Below the pieces are notes generated by a model. That model had not been told where the DNA came from, made no database searches, and worked only from the letters and a program-made list of their open reading frames with translations. Below, piece after piece: positions 10,633-20,558 of a stretch of DNA of 64,000 bases. Location of the stretch: contig CAXXTC010000007.1 of the NCBI GenBank assembly GCA_963666925.2, forward strand, positions 1 to 64,000, given 5' to 3'. Position numbers and translations under genes: made by a program. The stretch comes from Phycisphaerae bacterium. GTDB lineage: Bacteria; Planctomycetota; Phycisphaerae; UBA1845; Fen-1342. Every line of letters starts with the position of its first letter. The stretch's first letter is position 1.

Positions 10633-10720
10633 AGCTGTTATACTGCCAGGTTCTCTGTCGCAGTCGGTCTTTGCACCGAGCGATAGTCGGATTGGGCAGA
10701 CGACCACGAGGCTGATAACG

Positions 10721-11143
10721 ATGATGCTGGCTGCTTTCTACCACAATATTCTGGCGATCTTCTTTGCCGTCATCTGCGTGCTGCTGGTGATCACCATACT
10801 GCTCCAGCGCGGCAAGGGTGTGGGGCTCGCGGGTGCATTTGGTGGGGCTGGCGGCGGGGCGGCCTTTGGTGCCAAGACGGGTGACGTACTTACCTGGGTC
10901 ACCGTTGTCGGCGCCGTCGTGCTGCTCACGTACACGGTCGTGCTCAATTTCGTGTTCGTCAAAGGCCAGCCGGACCTCGACATAAGTGATGAACTCTCGA
11001 CGCCTCCCGGGGCAGCGCCGGTAGACGAGGCCGAGCCGGCCCAGCCCACTGAAGATGCCGATGGCGGCGGTGCCTGGCGATTCGACCAGCAGCACCAGCG
11101 CTACCTCGCCGACGAGCGGATCTTCGGCGAAAAGGTGGGTTGA
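10721..11143 (+). CDS. secG: Preprotein translocase subunit SecG
   Basis: ILLQRGKGVGLAGAFGG motif between two TMs; conserved tpiA-secG order. Confidence 0.93.
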   Translation: MMLAAFYHNILAIFFAVICVLLVITILLQRGKGVGLAGAFGGAGGGAAFGAKTGDVLTWVTVVGAVVLLTYTVVLNFVFVKGQPDLDISDELSTPPGAAPVDEAEPAQPTEDADGGGAWRFDQQHQRYLADERIFGEKVG

Positions 11144-11233
11144 TCGGGGCCTGACCAGTCCTGTCCGACGGCCCCGCTGAATAATGAGCAACTTATTGCC
11201 CGGGGGTGTCCGCGGCCCAGTCGGAGCCGGTCC

Positions 11234-12115
11234 ATGATTCACTCAATGACAGGCTTCGGTGAAGCCCGGCAGGAACAGAACGGTCTCGCCTATCACCTCG
11301 AGATCCGCACCGTCAACAATCGCTACTTCAAAGCCGCCCTGCATCTGTCCGAAGAGTTCGCCATGTTCGAGACCGAACTCGACCGGCTGCTGCGCGAGCG
11401 GCTGGTGCGCGGCAGTATCACCCTGCGGCTGCACGTGCGCAGCCAGGGGCCGCGGACGTCGCTCGATATCAACGCGACCATGCTCGGGGCGTACGTCGAC
11501 AAGCTGCGAGCCGCCGGCGGGGACGATCCCCGCATGACGATCGACCTCGCCACGCTCCTCACGCTCCCGGGCGTGTGCCAGCCGCCGGAGGTCAGCGACG
11601 AAGAACGCGCCCGCCGCTGGACTTTGCTGACGCACCTGCTGGACGCGGCCCTGGAACAATTGCTCTCGATGCGAGCGGCCGAGGGACGTGCCCTCGCGGA
11701 CGATCTGAGCCAGCACTGTGCCGACATCAGCACCCGGCTGCGGACGATCCAGGAGCGGGCGCCGCTCGTCGTCCGCGAATATCGCGATCGCCTCCTGGCA
11801 CGCGTGAACGAGCTGATCTCCAACAGCAGCGTCCAACTGGCCGAACAGGACCTGCTCAAAGAGGTGTCCATCTATGCCGAACGCAGCGACATCAGCGAGG
11901 AGCTGAGTCGGCTGAGCGGCCACCTGGAGCAATTCACGGCGGCGCTGGCGGCTGATGGCGGCAATGGGCGCAAGCTGGAGTTCATCGCCCAGGAGATGTT
12001 GCGCGAGGCCAACACGATCGGGTCGAAGACGGGGGACGCGACCATCGCGCGGGAGATTGTGGAGGTCAAAGGCGCGGTCGATCGCATCAAGGAACAGGTA
12101 CAGAACGTGGAGTAG
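11234..12115 (+). CDS. yicC: YicC/YloC family endoribonuclease
   Basis: MIHSMTGFG start; GRKLEFIAQEMLREANTIGSK; IKEQVQNVE end. Confidence 0.95.
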   Translation: MIHSMTGFGEARQEQNGLAYHLEIRTVNNRYFKAALHLSEEFAMFETELDRLLRERLVRGSITLRLHVRSQGPRTSLDINATMLGAYVDKLRAAGGDDPRMTIDLATLLTLPGVCQPPEVSDEERARRWTLLTHLLDAALEQLLSMRAAEGRALADDLSQHCADISTRLRTIQERAPLVVREYRDRLLARVNELISNSSVQLAEQDLLKEVSIYAERSDISEELSRLSGHLEQFTAALAADGGNGRKLEFIAQEMLREANTIGSKTGDATIAREIVEVKGAVDRIKEQVQNVE

Positions 12116-12186
12116 GTCGCCCGAATGATCCGCCGGCGTGTCCGGCGGACGCCGGCCGACGCAGCGGAGCGCATTTCGAGCGACCC

Positions 12187-12990
12187 ATGCTCGTCGATAC
12201 TCATTGCCATCTGACCAGTGCCGGTCTCGTAGAGCGGCTGGACGAGGTTCTGGCGGCCGCCCGCCAGGCCGGCGTGCAGCAGCTCATCACCGTAGCACAG
12301 AACCTCGCCGATACTGAGGCCGCGCTCGACCTGGCAGGTTCCCACGAAAACATCTATCTGGCGGCCGCGATTCACCCCCACGAGTCGAACCGGTGTGATC
12401 TCGGCACGTTCGAGGCGCTGACCGAACTGCTCCGCGACCCGGCCCAATCACTGGCCGCAGGGGGGCGCCTGGTGGCGGTCGGCGAGACGGGGCTGGATTT
12501 TCACTACGATTTTTCTCCGCCCGCGCGCCAGCAGGAGGTCTTCCTGGCCCATCTCCACGTGGCACAGGAGGCCGGTTTACCGGTCGTAATCCACGCTCGC
12601 GAGGCCGAACGCCGAACCTGCGAAATTCTCAAGGCAGAGTTCCCGAACCTGGCGGAGCGTGCCGTTTTTCATTGCTATTCGGGCGATCCTAACCTGACGC
12701 GGGGCGTACTCGATCTGGGTGCACATGTTTCGTTTACGGGCGTGGTGACGTTCCGGAAGGCGGAGTCGATCCAGGCGGCGGCGCAGATCGTGCCATCAGA
12801 CCGTATCATGGTAGAGACCGACGCACCGTTTCTCTCGCCAGAGCCGGTGCGCAACGTCCGGCCTTGCGAGCCGGCCTTGGTAGTTCACACGGCCCGCTTC
12901 CTGGCAGAGCTGCGGGACACGGATTTTGATACATTCGCGGCGCAGACGACGCTCAACGCGCGGCGCTTCTTTGGTTTGCCTGAGGTATGA
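12187..12990 (+). CDS. tatD: TatD family hydrolase
   Basis: DTHCH, AVGETGLD, IHARE, FHCYSG, VETDAPF. Confidence 0.95.
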   Translation: MLVDTHCHLTSAGLVERLDEVLAAARQAGVQQLITVAQNLADTEAALDLAGSHENIYLAAAIHPHESNRCDLGTFEALTELLRDPAQSLAAGGRLVAVGETGLDFHYDFSPPARQQEVFLAHLHVAQEAGLPVVIHAREAERRTCEILKAEFPNLAERAVFHCYSGDPNLTRGVLDLGAHVSFTGVVTFRKAESIQAAAQIVPSDRIMVETDAPFLSPEPVRNVRPCEPALVVHTARFLAELRDTDFDTFAAQTTLNARRFFGLPEV

Positions 12991-13928
12991 AGATGAGTAC
13001 ATGTCTGGTCACCGGCGGTGCGGGGTTTATTGGCAGTCATATTGTGCGCGGGCTGCTCGAACGCGGTCGCGGCGTGCGTGTGCTCGACAACCTGAGCACC
13101 GGCCGGCGCGAAAACCTCGCGGAAGTGGCCGACCGCATCGAGTGGGTCGAGGGTGACATCCGCGATGCGCAGGCCGTGGCCGAGAGCATGCGCGGCGTGG
13201 AAGTGGTCTTTCACCTGGCGGCCCGCGCCAGCGTTCCGCGCAGCGTGGCCGAGCCCGTCTCGGCCAACGAAACCAACGTCACCGGTACGGTGAACCTGCT
13301 CTGCGCCGCACGCGACGCCGGCGTGCGCCGGTTCGTCTACTCAGCCTCCAGCAGCGCCTATGGCGACACACCCACGCTGCCCAAGCGTGAAGACATGCGC
13401 CCGGTGCCGCTCAGCCCCTACGCCGTCAGTAAGCTGGCCGCCGAGCATTACTGCATGTGCTGGTCGCACGTGTACGGCCTCCAGACCGTGTCGCTGCGCT
13501 ACTTCAACGTGTTCGGGCCGCGCCAGGACCCGGCCAGCGACTATGCCGCCGTCATCCCCGCCTTCGTCAGCCGCATGTTGCGCGGCGAGCGGCCGATCAT
13601 CTACGGCGACGGCGAACAGTCGCGCGACTTCTGCTTCGTCGAAAACGTCGTCAACGCCAACATGCTCGCGGCCGAGCGGGACGAGGTGCACGGCGAGGCC
13701 GTCAACATCGCCTGTGGCGAACGCACCACGCTGAACGAGATCGTCAAGGACATCAATCGGCTGCTGGGCACGAACATCGAGCCGGAGTATCAGGATGCGC
13801 GAGCGGGTGACGTCAAGCATAGCCTGGCGGACGTGTCGGCAGCGGGGCGCGTGATCGGCTATAAGCCGCTGGTGATGTTCCCGGAGGGTCTGGAGCGTTC
13901 GATCGAGTGGTACAAGGCTAATCTGTAG
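12987..13928 (+). CDS. NAD-dependent nucleotide-sugar epimerase/dehydratase (extended SDR)
   Basis: TGGAGFIGS, YAVSK, LRYFNVFGPRQDP, GDGEQSRDF. Confidence 0.93.
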   Translation: MKMSTCLVTGGAGFIGSHIVRGLLERGRGVRVLDNLSTGRRENLAEVADRIEWVEGDIRDAQAVAESMRGVEVVFHLAARASVPRSVAEPVSANETNVTGTVNLLCAARDAGVRRFVYSASSSAYGDTPTLPKREDMRPVPLSPYAVSKLAAEHYCMCWSHVYGLQTVSLRYFNVFGPRQDPASDYAAVIPAFVSRMLRGERPIIYGDGEQSRDFCFVENVVNANMLAAERDEVHGEAVNIACGERTTLNEIVKDINRLLGTNIEPEYQDARAGDVKHSLADVSAAGRVIGYKPLVMFPEGLERSIEWYKANL

Positions 13929-14853
13929 CCGCACTGTCGGCTGCGCCGGCACAAACGTATTCGCGGGGGCCCATCGCCGTGTAGTGGCACAACACCTCGT
14001 GCGGGCGGAAGTCGAAATGCTCCGCCAGCGTGTCGGCGGTCAACGTGTCGCCCAGCAGCACGACCTCGTCGCCGGGTTTGTCCGTGCGGTCGATGCTGAC
14101 GAAGGACGTGTTCATCCCGATTTCTAGCAGGCGTTGTGGCCGTCCGTTGATCAGCACCGGGCCGGGACGCAGATGATTGCTGTAGCCGGCCAGGATGATC
14201 CCGACGCGCTCGGCCCGAAAGCCGGTATAGCCGATCGGGCCACTGGTCTGCCGAACGGCGTGCAGGGGGGTGGTCACCCGGACAGCGCGATCGTACAGCC
14301 CGACGCCCGGTCGGACGGCATCCAGCCACGCGGTCGGCTCGCCCAGCAGGGCCGTGGCGGCCGCATGTCGGGGACGCCCGCGGTGCTCGCAGGCCACACG
14401 CAACGCCTCAGCTCCCTCTACCGTGACGGCATGGGCAAAGTAATCGACCACCTCGCAGCGCGCCGCTAATTCGTCCAGCGTTTCCGGCGGCGCGCCGAAA
14501 CGTTGCATCCCCACGTCGACCTTGATCGCTACCGGCTGGTTACGGAAACGATCCGCGTCGGCGTGGCTGGCGATCGCCGGCCGCAGGCCCAACTCGCGAA
14601 ATCGGGCCGGTTCTCCCAGCGGCGGCCCCAGAACCAGCCCGGGACGCCGAATCGCGATTGCTTCGTCCAGCGAGAAATAGGCGAATTCGTCCGCGATCGC
14701 TGCCAGCGTGTCGGCCACCCGCTCTGCACCCAGGCCATAAGCGTCAGCCTTGATCACTGCGATCAGCGCCACGCCCGTCTGGACGCGGATCTGCTCGCCG
14801 GCGTGCCGGACGGCATCGAGATTGATCGCAACGGAAACGTGTGGGGAACGCAT
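13918..14853 (-). CDS. alr: Alanine racemase (compact)
   Basis: AVIKADAYGLG (PLP lysine), KVDVGMQRFG, AVRPG, PIGY. Start placed at MRSPHVSV. Confidence 0.85.
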   Translation of the reverse strand: MRSPHVSVAINLDAVRHAGEQIRVQTGVALIAVIKADAYGLGAERVADTLAAIADEFAYFSLDEAIAIRRPGLVLGPPLGEPARFRELGLRPAIASHADADRFRNQPVAIKVDVGMQRFGAPPETLDELAARCEVVDYFAHAVTVEGAEALRVACEHRGRPRHAAATALLGEPTAWLDAVRPGVGLYDRAVRVTTPLHAVRQTSGPIGYTGFRAERVGIILAGYSNHLRPGPVLINGRPQRLLEIGMNTSFVSIDRTDKPGDEVVLLGDTLTADTLAEHFDFRPHEVLCHYTAMGPREYVCAGAADSAATD

Positions 14854-15013
14854 CGGTGTGGGCCTGCCAGACATCCTTGTCTTCGGCGGATATAGTGGCT
14901 TGATCCGTAATCGGCCGACCGCCGCAGGGCGAACCAACTCGGCCGCGGGCCACTAACTCATCGGCTCGGAGTATAGCGACCGCGCGATCAGCGTCGCAAG
15001 CACCGCCCGCGTT

Positions 15014-16172
15014 TCAGAACTTCCATGGCAGACGCTGTCGACGGTGGCGATAGAGCAGCCCCAGCGTCCGAAATACCACGTAGCAAACGTACAGTAACGC
15101 GGCCACCGAGAAGGTGGTGTACAGCATCGGCCCCAGCACCGGCATCAGCATCATCCACTCCCGCGCATAGTACAGCACGTAGCCGATGCCAACCGCGATC
15201 ACCACCAGCAGCCAGGCCAGGAGGTACGCCGGGCCGATTCCGATGATGCTGCGGACCAGCCAATCAGGTCGGAGCGCTGCCAGACTCTCGCCCAGTGCAA
15301 CCGACAGAACGCTGATCGGCCAGAGCAACGCGCCCACCACCAGCAATAGAATGGCGGTCGCCGGAGGTTCCGTCGCGGCGGGGGGACGAGCGCCAGTATG
15401 CCAGCCCCGGACCAAGGGTCAGGCCGGTGACCACCACCAGCCAGAATAGCGGCTTCAGACCGTCCTCAAACCAATCCCAGTCGACCTCCACAATCGGGAG
15501 TCCGTCGTCGCCGGCTGCCGTTCGCGTCATGATCCGCCAGACGAATTGCGCGATGTACAGTACTATGGCCGGCACTACCAGAAAGCTCAGGACGAAGCCC
15601 AGGATAATGCCCAGGAATCCGATCAATCCGCAGATGAAAGCCAGCATCAGCAGCGGCAGCGTGCAGCCCACGGTGGTCAGCAGCAGGTTGAGGGCGTTGT
15701 CGGCCCGGCCGGCACACGCCAAGCTCAGCAGCAGATCGGCGGCGAAGGGTCGCAGCGGCGTACCCGTTGCCGGTGTGCCGCCTGCCGCGGGCGGAGCCTG
15801 ATCGGGCAATGGTTCATCCGGACGCTTGTACGGGCTGACGCCGAGCGTAGCTGTCACAACCAGGTCTTCAGGTGTGTCCAGAACGTTGCCGGTGCGGCCC
15901 GGCTTACTGCCGGTGGCCGCCAGCCACACGCCGTCCTCAGGCAGCGGCAACGCTTCGGGGACCTCGGCCGAATCGGACTGCAACGGCGTCAGGGCTACGC
16001 CCGCGCGGGCCGCCGCGATGTCCGCCCGTGTGATCGAAATCGACCGGCCGCACTTCGGGCACAACACCGCCAGGTCGGCCTGCGCGTGCCGTACGCGATA
16101 ACGCTGCCCACAAGCGCACCGGCCGCGAACAATCAGCTCGGCATCAGCGTTGGCATCGGCGTCAGCGGACAT
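15014..16172 (-). CDS. Membrane protein with N-terminal CxCG...CxxCG zinc ribbon (frameshift near 15380-15385)
   Basis: The ORFs 15264..16172 and 15014..15415 join into a continuous TM protein if one base is removed from the six-G run at 15380-15385. Confidence 0.7.
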
Positions 16173-16285
16173 GGCCGTCCCCTGTATATGCACCGCAAGC
16201 TCCCATCGGGCACGCATTGTAGCAGGTAAGCCGGGCGCTACCGAGTTACAATTCGGCGACTGATGTATAACCGCCCGAGAGTCAC

Positions 16286-17332
16286 GTGAAACTGCAAGAG
16301 CTGCAATACGATTTACCGCCCGAGCTGATCGCTCAGCAGCCGGCCGAGCCGCGCGACGCGTCGCGCCTGCTCGTGGTCGACCGCGCGCAGAAAACGCTGC
16401 ACCACCGCACCTTCCGCGACATCGTCGAGTACCTGAACCCGGGCGACGTGCTCGTGCTGAACGACACCCGTGTGATCCCGGCACGCTTCTTCTGCACGCG
16501 AACCACCGGCGGACGCGTCGAGGGGCTCTTCCTGCATCAGCAGGACGCGGCCTGGCGTGTGATGTTGAAGTCCGGGCGCCGGCTGAAGATCGGCGAATTG
16601 TTGCACTGCGACGGGGTGGAGGTCGGCCTGGAGGTCGTGCAGCGTCTGGAACGCGGCGAGTGGTTGCTCAGGCCGCAACCCGCGATCGATCCGATCGCGC
16701 TGCTCGAACGCATCGGCCAGACGCCTTTGCCGCCATACATCCAACGCCCCAATCAGCCCACGCCGCAGGATCGCACTTGCTACCAGACGGTCTATGCCGA
16801 GCGTCCGGGCGCTGTCGCCGCTCCGACTGCCGGATTGCATTTCACGCCCGCGGTTCTGGAGGAGCTGGCCGATCGTGGCGTGCGGAGGGTCACGGTAACA
16901 CTGCACGTCGGGGCGGGAACGTTCGTGCCCATCTCGGCCGATGACCTCGCCGATCACGAAATGCACGCGGAATGGTACGAGATCACGCCGGCCGCGATGG
17001 ATGAGCTGCGGGCCACCCGGTCGGCAGGGGGGCGGATTGTCGCGGTCGGCACAACCGCCGCCCGCGTACTCGAATCGTTGCCCGCGGACACGCTGGACGC
17101 GGCCGACCCGCCGACTCAAACCATTCGCGACTGGACGCGCATTTTCATCTATCCGCCGTACGAGTGGCGGCACGTAGATCGGCTGCTCACAAACTTCCAC
17201 CTGCCCGGCAGCACACTGCTCGCGCTGGTCCAGGCGCTGGCGGGACAAGAGCTGATCCGCCGAGCCTATCGCGAGGCAGTCGATCGACGTTATCGCTTCT
17301 ACAGTTACGGCGACGCGATGTTAATCCTCTGA
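16286..17332 (+). CDS. queA: S-adenosylmethionine:tRNA ribosyltransferase-isomerase
   Basis: LPPELIAQ, PLPPYI, YQTVYA, AAPTAGLHF, LHVGAGTF, TNFHLP, YRFYSYGDAM. Confidence 0.98.
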   Translation: MKLQELQYDLPPELIAQQPAEPRDASRLLVVDRAQKTLHHRTFRDIVEYLNPGDVLVLNDTRVIPARFFCTRTTGGRVEGLFLHQQDAAWRVMLKSGRRLKIGELLHCDGVEVGLEVVQRLERGEWLLRPQPAIDPIALLERIGQTPLPPYIQRPNQPTPQDRTCYQTVYAERPGAVAAPTAGLHFTPAVLEELADRGVRRVTVTLHVGAGTFVPISADDLADHEMHAEWYEITPAAMDELRATRSAGGRIVAVGTTAARVLESLPADTLDAADPPTQTIRDWTRIFIYPPYEWRHVDRLLTNFHLPGSTLLALVQALAGQELIRRAYREAVDRRYRFYSYGDAMLIL

Positions 17333-17387
17333 CGGGCGCAGCGGGGCTCGCACCACGCCGGCCGAGAAGGCGTAACAACGGCGCGCT

Positions 17388-18554
17388 TCACCAGCGCCGC
17401 TGGTCGAAGTCGTTCCAGGACAGGATTTCCACGTCGCTTCGTTTCTGGCTGGTGTCGCCGCCGAACGCGACGATGCGTTTGACTTGAGCGCTGCCCGCCA
17501 GGACCTCCGCAACCGATCGGCCTGCGTTGGCCAGGTCCGGCGTGGCTGTCTGACTGGTCTTCGCTTCCACCACCGTGAGCTTCTGCCCGTCTGTGACGAC
17601 CATGTCTGCTTCGAGGCCGTGGCGGTCTCGATAGAAGTACAACCCCGCATGTTCGCCGCGATTGTAGCGATGCTTGAGAACTTCGGAGACGATCCACGAC
17701 TCAAAGATCGCGCCGCGCAGCGGGTGCAGCCGAAGTTGCTCGGCGTCGCGGATTCCCAGCAGCCAGCACACCAGGCCGGTGTCGTAGAAATGCAGCTTCG
17801 GCGTCTTCACGATTCGCTTGCCGATGTTCGCGAAGTACGGCTGTAGGCGGAACGCGATGAACGTCGCTTCCAGTATGGATAGCCAGGCTTTGGCGGTCGG
17901 CTGCGCGATGCCCGCGTCCGACGCCAGCGACGACAGGTTGAGAAGCTGCCCGGTTCGGCTGGCACACAACTGCACAAACCGCTGAAACACCGCCAGGTCG
18001 CCGACGTTCGAGATCTGCCGCACGTCGCGATCCACGTACGTGCGCACATATGACCCCAGCCACTCGGCCGGCTCCAGACGCTGGTCCAGAATGCGCGGAT
18101 AGCCGCCGGTGAGGAGCGCTTCGTCGATTGATTTCGGATGCCGTCTGAAACGCCGCACCTCGCTGCGTGCCAGAGGCATCAGGTGCAGGACGGCGGTTCG
18201 GCCGGCCAGCGACTGGCTGACCGATTCCATCATCGTGAGGCTCTGTGAGCCGGTGAGGATCCAGCGGCCGCGCCGCGGATCGTCATCAATGATCCCCTGA
18301 AGGTAGGACGTCAGTTCGGGGACGCGTTGAATCTCGTCGAGGACGACACCCTTGTCGAACTGGCTGAGGAAACCGCGCGGGTCGCTGCTGGCAAACGCCC
18401 GCACGTCGGGCGCCTCCAGGCTGACATACGTGTGGCGCGGGAAGATCATGCGACAGAGCGTGGACTTGCCGCTCTGGCGCGGCCCGGTGAGCGTGACGGC
18501 CGGTGCTTGCCGGGCGGCCGCTCGGAGCTTCGTTGCCAGGTCACGATCGATCAT
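17388..18554 (-). CDS. AAA_14 ATPase with DUF4143 / PD-(D/E)XK-like C-terminus
   Basis: GPRQSGKST, LDEIQ, LTGS, GGYP, PKLHFYDTG, EADMVV...VEAK. Confidence 0.9.
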   Translation of the reverse strand: MIDRDLATKLRAAARQAPAVTLTGPRQSGKSTLCRMIFPRHTYVSLEAPDVRAFASSDPRGFLSQFDKGVVLDEIQRVPELTSYLQGIIDDDPRRGRWILTGSQSLTMMESVSQSLAGRTAVLHLMPLARSEVRRFRRHPKSIDEALLTGGYPRILDQRLEPAEWLGSYVRTYVDRDVRQISNVGDLAVFQRFVQLCASRTGQLLNLSSLASDAGIAQPTAKAWLSILEATFIAFRLQPYFANIGKRIVKTPKLHFYDTGLVCWLLGIRDAEQLRLHPLRGAIFESWIVSEVLKHRYNRGEHAGLYFYRDRHGLEADMVVTDGQKLTVVEAKTSQTATPDLANAGRSVAEVLAGSAQVKRIVAFGGDTSQKRSDVEILSWNDFDQRRW

Positions 18555-18563
18555 ACGCAGGAG

Positions 18564-18614
18564 AGCATAGCCGCCGGCTCCGGCTAATTCAAGATCCAAT
18601 CTTGAATTAGCCGG
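18564..18614 (-). promoter_or_regulatory. Sigma70-like promoter overlapped by a perfect 16-bp inverted repeat (operator-like)
   Basis: Minus strand TTGAAT-N17-TATGCT, 9 nt before the ATG. CCGGCTAATTCAAGAT-cca-ATCTTGAATTAGCCGG at 18580-18614. Confidence 0.65.
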
Positions 18615-18761
18615 GCTACGTTACCGGACCAGGGGGGCAACGGGGCTGGCCGACAGGCTTGGACGGCCAGCCAATCCGGAAGTACATTCGCATGCCAGAG
18701 AAACCGGCGGCCGACCCGATTTCGTCGGCCCCACGTAGGCCACGCAGTTGAGCAACCACTA

Positions 18762-20558
18762 ATGTCCGAGCCGTCGTTGTATGACCGGGTCGAAAACGAG
18801 CTGTTGCCGCGGGTGCGCCAGCCGGCGCAATACATCGGCGGCGAGGTCAACCAGCTCGTCGAGCCGGGCGACTGGCAGCGGGCCGAGCTGCGTGTCGCGC
18901 TGGCCTTCCCCGACACCTACACGATTGGCATGTCGCACCTGGGCACGCAGATTCTCTACTGGCTCGCGAATCACACCCCGGGTGTGTGTGCCGAGCGCGT
19001 CTTCGCCCCCCAGCTCGACGCCGAACAAATCATGCGCGAGCGCCGCATCCCGCTGTTCACCTGGGACACCCGCCAGCCGGTGCGCTCGGCCGACCTGCTC
19101 GGTATCTCGCTCCAACACGAGTTGCTCTATCCCGGCGTATTGAATCTGCTGGACTTGGCGGGAATTCCCCAGCGAGCGGCCGAGCGTAGTGCGGACGATC
19201 CGCTGATCATCGCCGGCGGGCCGCAGGCCGACAATCCCGAGCCCCTGGCCGAGTTCCTCGACCTCGTGGTCGTCGGCGACGGCGAGAACGCCTTCGCCGG
19301 CATACTGGCGGTGCTGCGCGATTTCAAACAACGCAACCTGTCGCGCCACGCACAGATCCTCGCGCTGGCGCGCAAGTTCCCGTGGATATATGCACCGAAC
19401 CTGTATGAGCCGCGTTATCACGACGACGGCACGCTGGCCGAACTGCGCCCGCTCGAAACAGGTTTGCCCGCAGAGATTGAGCGTTGCCAGACGCCCGATT
19501 TCGAGCACGCCCCCGTGCCGACCCGACCGCTGGTCCCCTGGGTTGAGACGGTACACGACCGCATCGCGATCGAGATCATGCGCGGCTGCCCGAACCTGTG
19601 CCGGTTTTGTCATGCCGGGTACACCAAGCGCCCGCTTCGGCTCCGCAGCGTCGAGCGCATCGTCGAGCTAGCCGAGCAGTCCTACGCCGCCACCGGGCAC
19701 ACCGAGATCGGTCTGCTGTCGCTGTCAACCGCGGATTATCCCCGGCTGGGCGAACTGGCCGAACAGTTGAACGCGCGGTTCGCCCCGCGAATGGTCAATC
19801 TGAGCTTCCCGTCGCTGCGCGTCGACAGCATGCTCCAGAACATCCCCTGGATGGCCAGCCAGGTGCGTAAGGCCGGCCTGACGATGGCGATCGAGGCGGC
19901 CGCCGACGATCTGCGCCACGCCCTGCGTAAAAAAGTTACCACCGGCCATCTGCTCGAAGGCGTGCGCGCCGCCTACACGGCCGGCTGGAAACGTGTGAAG
20001 CTCTATTTCATGGCCGGCTTCCCGGGCGAAAACGAGGACGACATCGACGCCATCTGGGATCTCTCCGCGGCCGTCAGCCGCGAGCGCAAGCAGTTGAACC
20101 TGCCGCCGGCGGCAGTGTCGGCCGCGGTGAGCTGGCTGGTCCCCAAGCCGTTCACGCCGTTGCAGTGGATGGCCCAGCCGCGCGTCGAATATTTCCGCAC
20201 CGTGCGCGAGCGGCTGTTCGAGTTGAAACACCTGCGCCGCGCCTCCGTACGCGTCATGACGCACAGGCCGGAACAATCGGTGCTCGAGGCCGTCCTGGCC
20301 CGCGGCGATCGTCGGCTCGGGCCGGTGATCGCGGCCGCCTGGCAGCGCGGCGCCAAGCTCGACAGTTGGGAAGACAGCTTCGACCATGGCCGCTGGGTTG
20401 AGGCTTTCAACGCGACGGGCGTCGATCCCGACTTCTACGCCCATCGCGAGCGGCCCACCAGCGAGCGGCTGCCCTGGGCACACATCGGACATCGTTTGAG
20501 TTGGGCTTACCTGGAGCGCGCCTGGAACGAGGTGCGCTCACTCCGCGGCGGGAGCTGA
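18762..20558 (+). CDS. TIGR03960-type B12-binding radical SAM protein
   Basis: PAQYIGGEVN, FPDTYTIGMSHLG, EIMRGCPNLCRFC (CxxxCxxC), PKPFTPLQW. Confidence 0.92.
   Translation: MSEPSLYDRVENELLPRVRQPAQYIGGEVNQLVEPGDWQRAELRVALAFPDTYTIGMSHLGTQILYWLANHTPGVCAERVFAPQLDAEQIMRERRIPLFTWDTRQPVRSADLLGISLQHELLYPGVLNLLDLAGIPQRAAERSADDPLIIAGGPQADNPEPLAEFLDLVVVGDGENAFAGILAVLRDFKQRNLSRHAQILALARKFPWIYAPNLYEPRYHDDGTLAELRPLETGLPAEIERCQTPDFEHAPVPTRPLVPWVETVHDRIAIEIMRGCPNLCRFCHAGYTKRPLRLRSVERIVELAEQSYAATGHTEIGLLSLSTADYPRLGELAEQLNARFAPRMVNLSFPSLRVDSMLQNIPWMASQVRKAGLTMAIEAAADDLRHALRKKVTTGHLLEGVRAAYTAGWKRVKLYFMAGFPGENEDDIDAIWDLSAAVSRERKQLNLPPAAVSAAVSWLVPKPFTPLQWMAQPRVEYFRTVRERLFELKHLRRASVRVMTHRPEQSVLEAVLARGDRRLGPVIAAAWQRGAKLDSWEDSFDHGRWVEAFNATGVDPDFYAHRERPTSERLPWAHIGHRLSWAYLERAWNEVRSLRGGS

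Noticed and set aside
11143..11234. tRNA after secG
   Set aside because: No cloverleaf or T-loop (GTTCGA) pattern in the gap.
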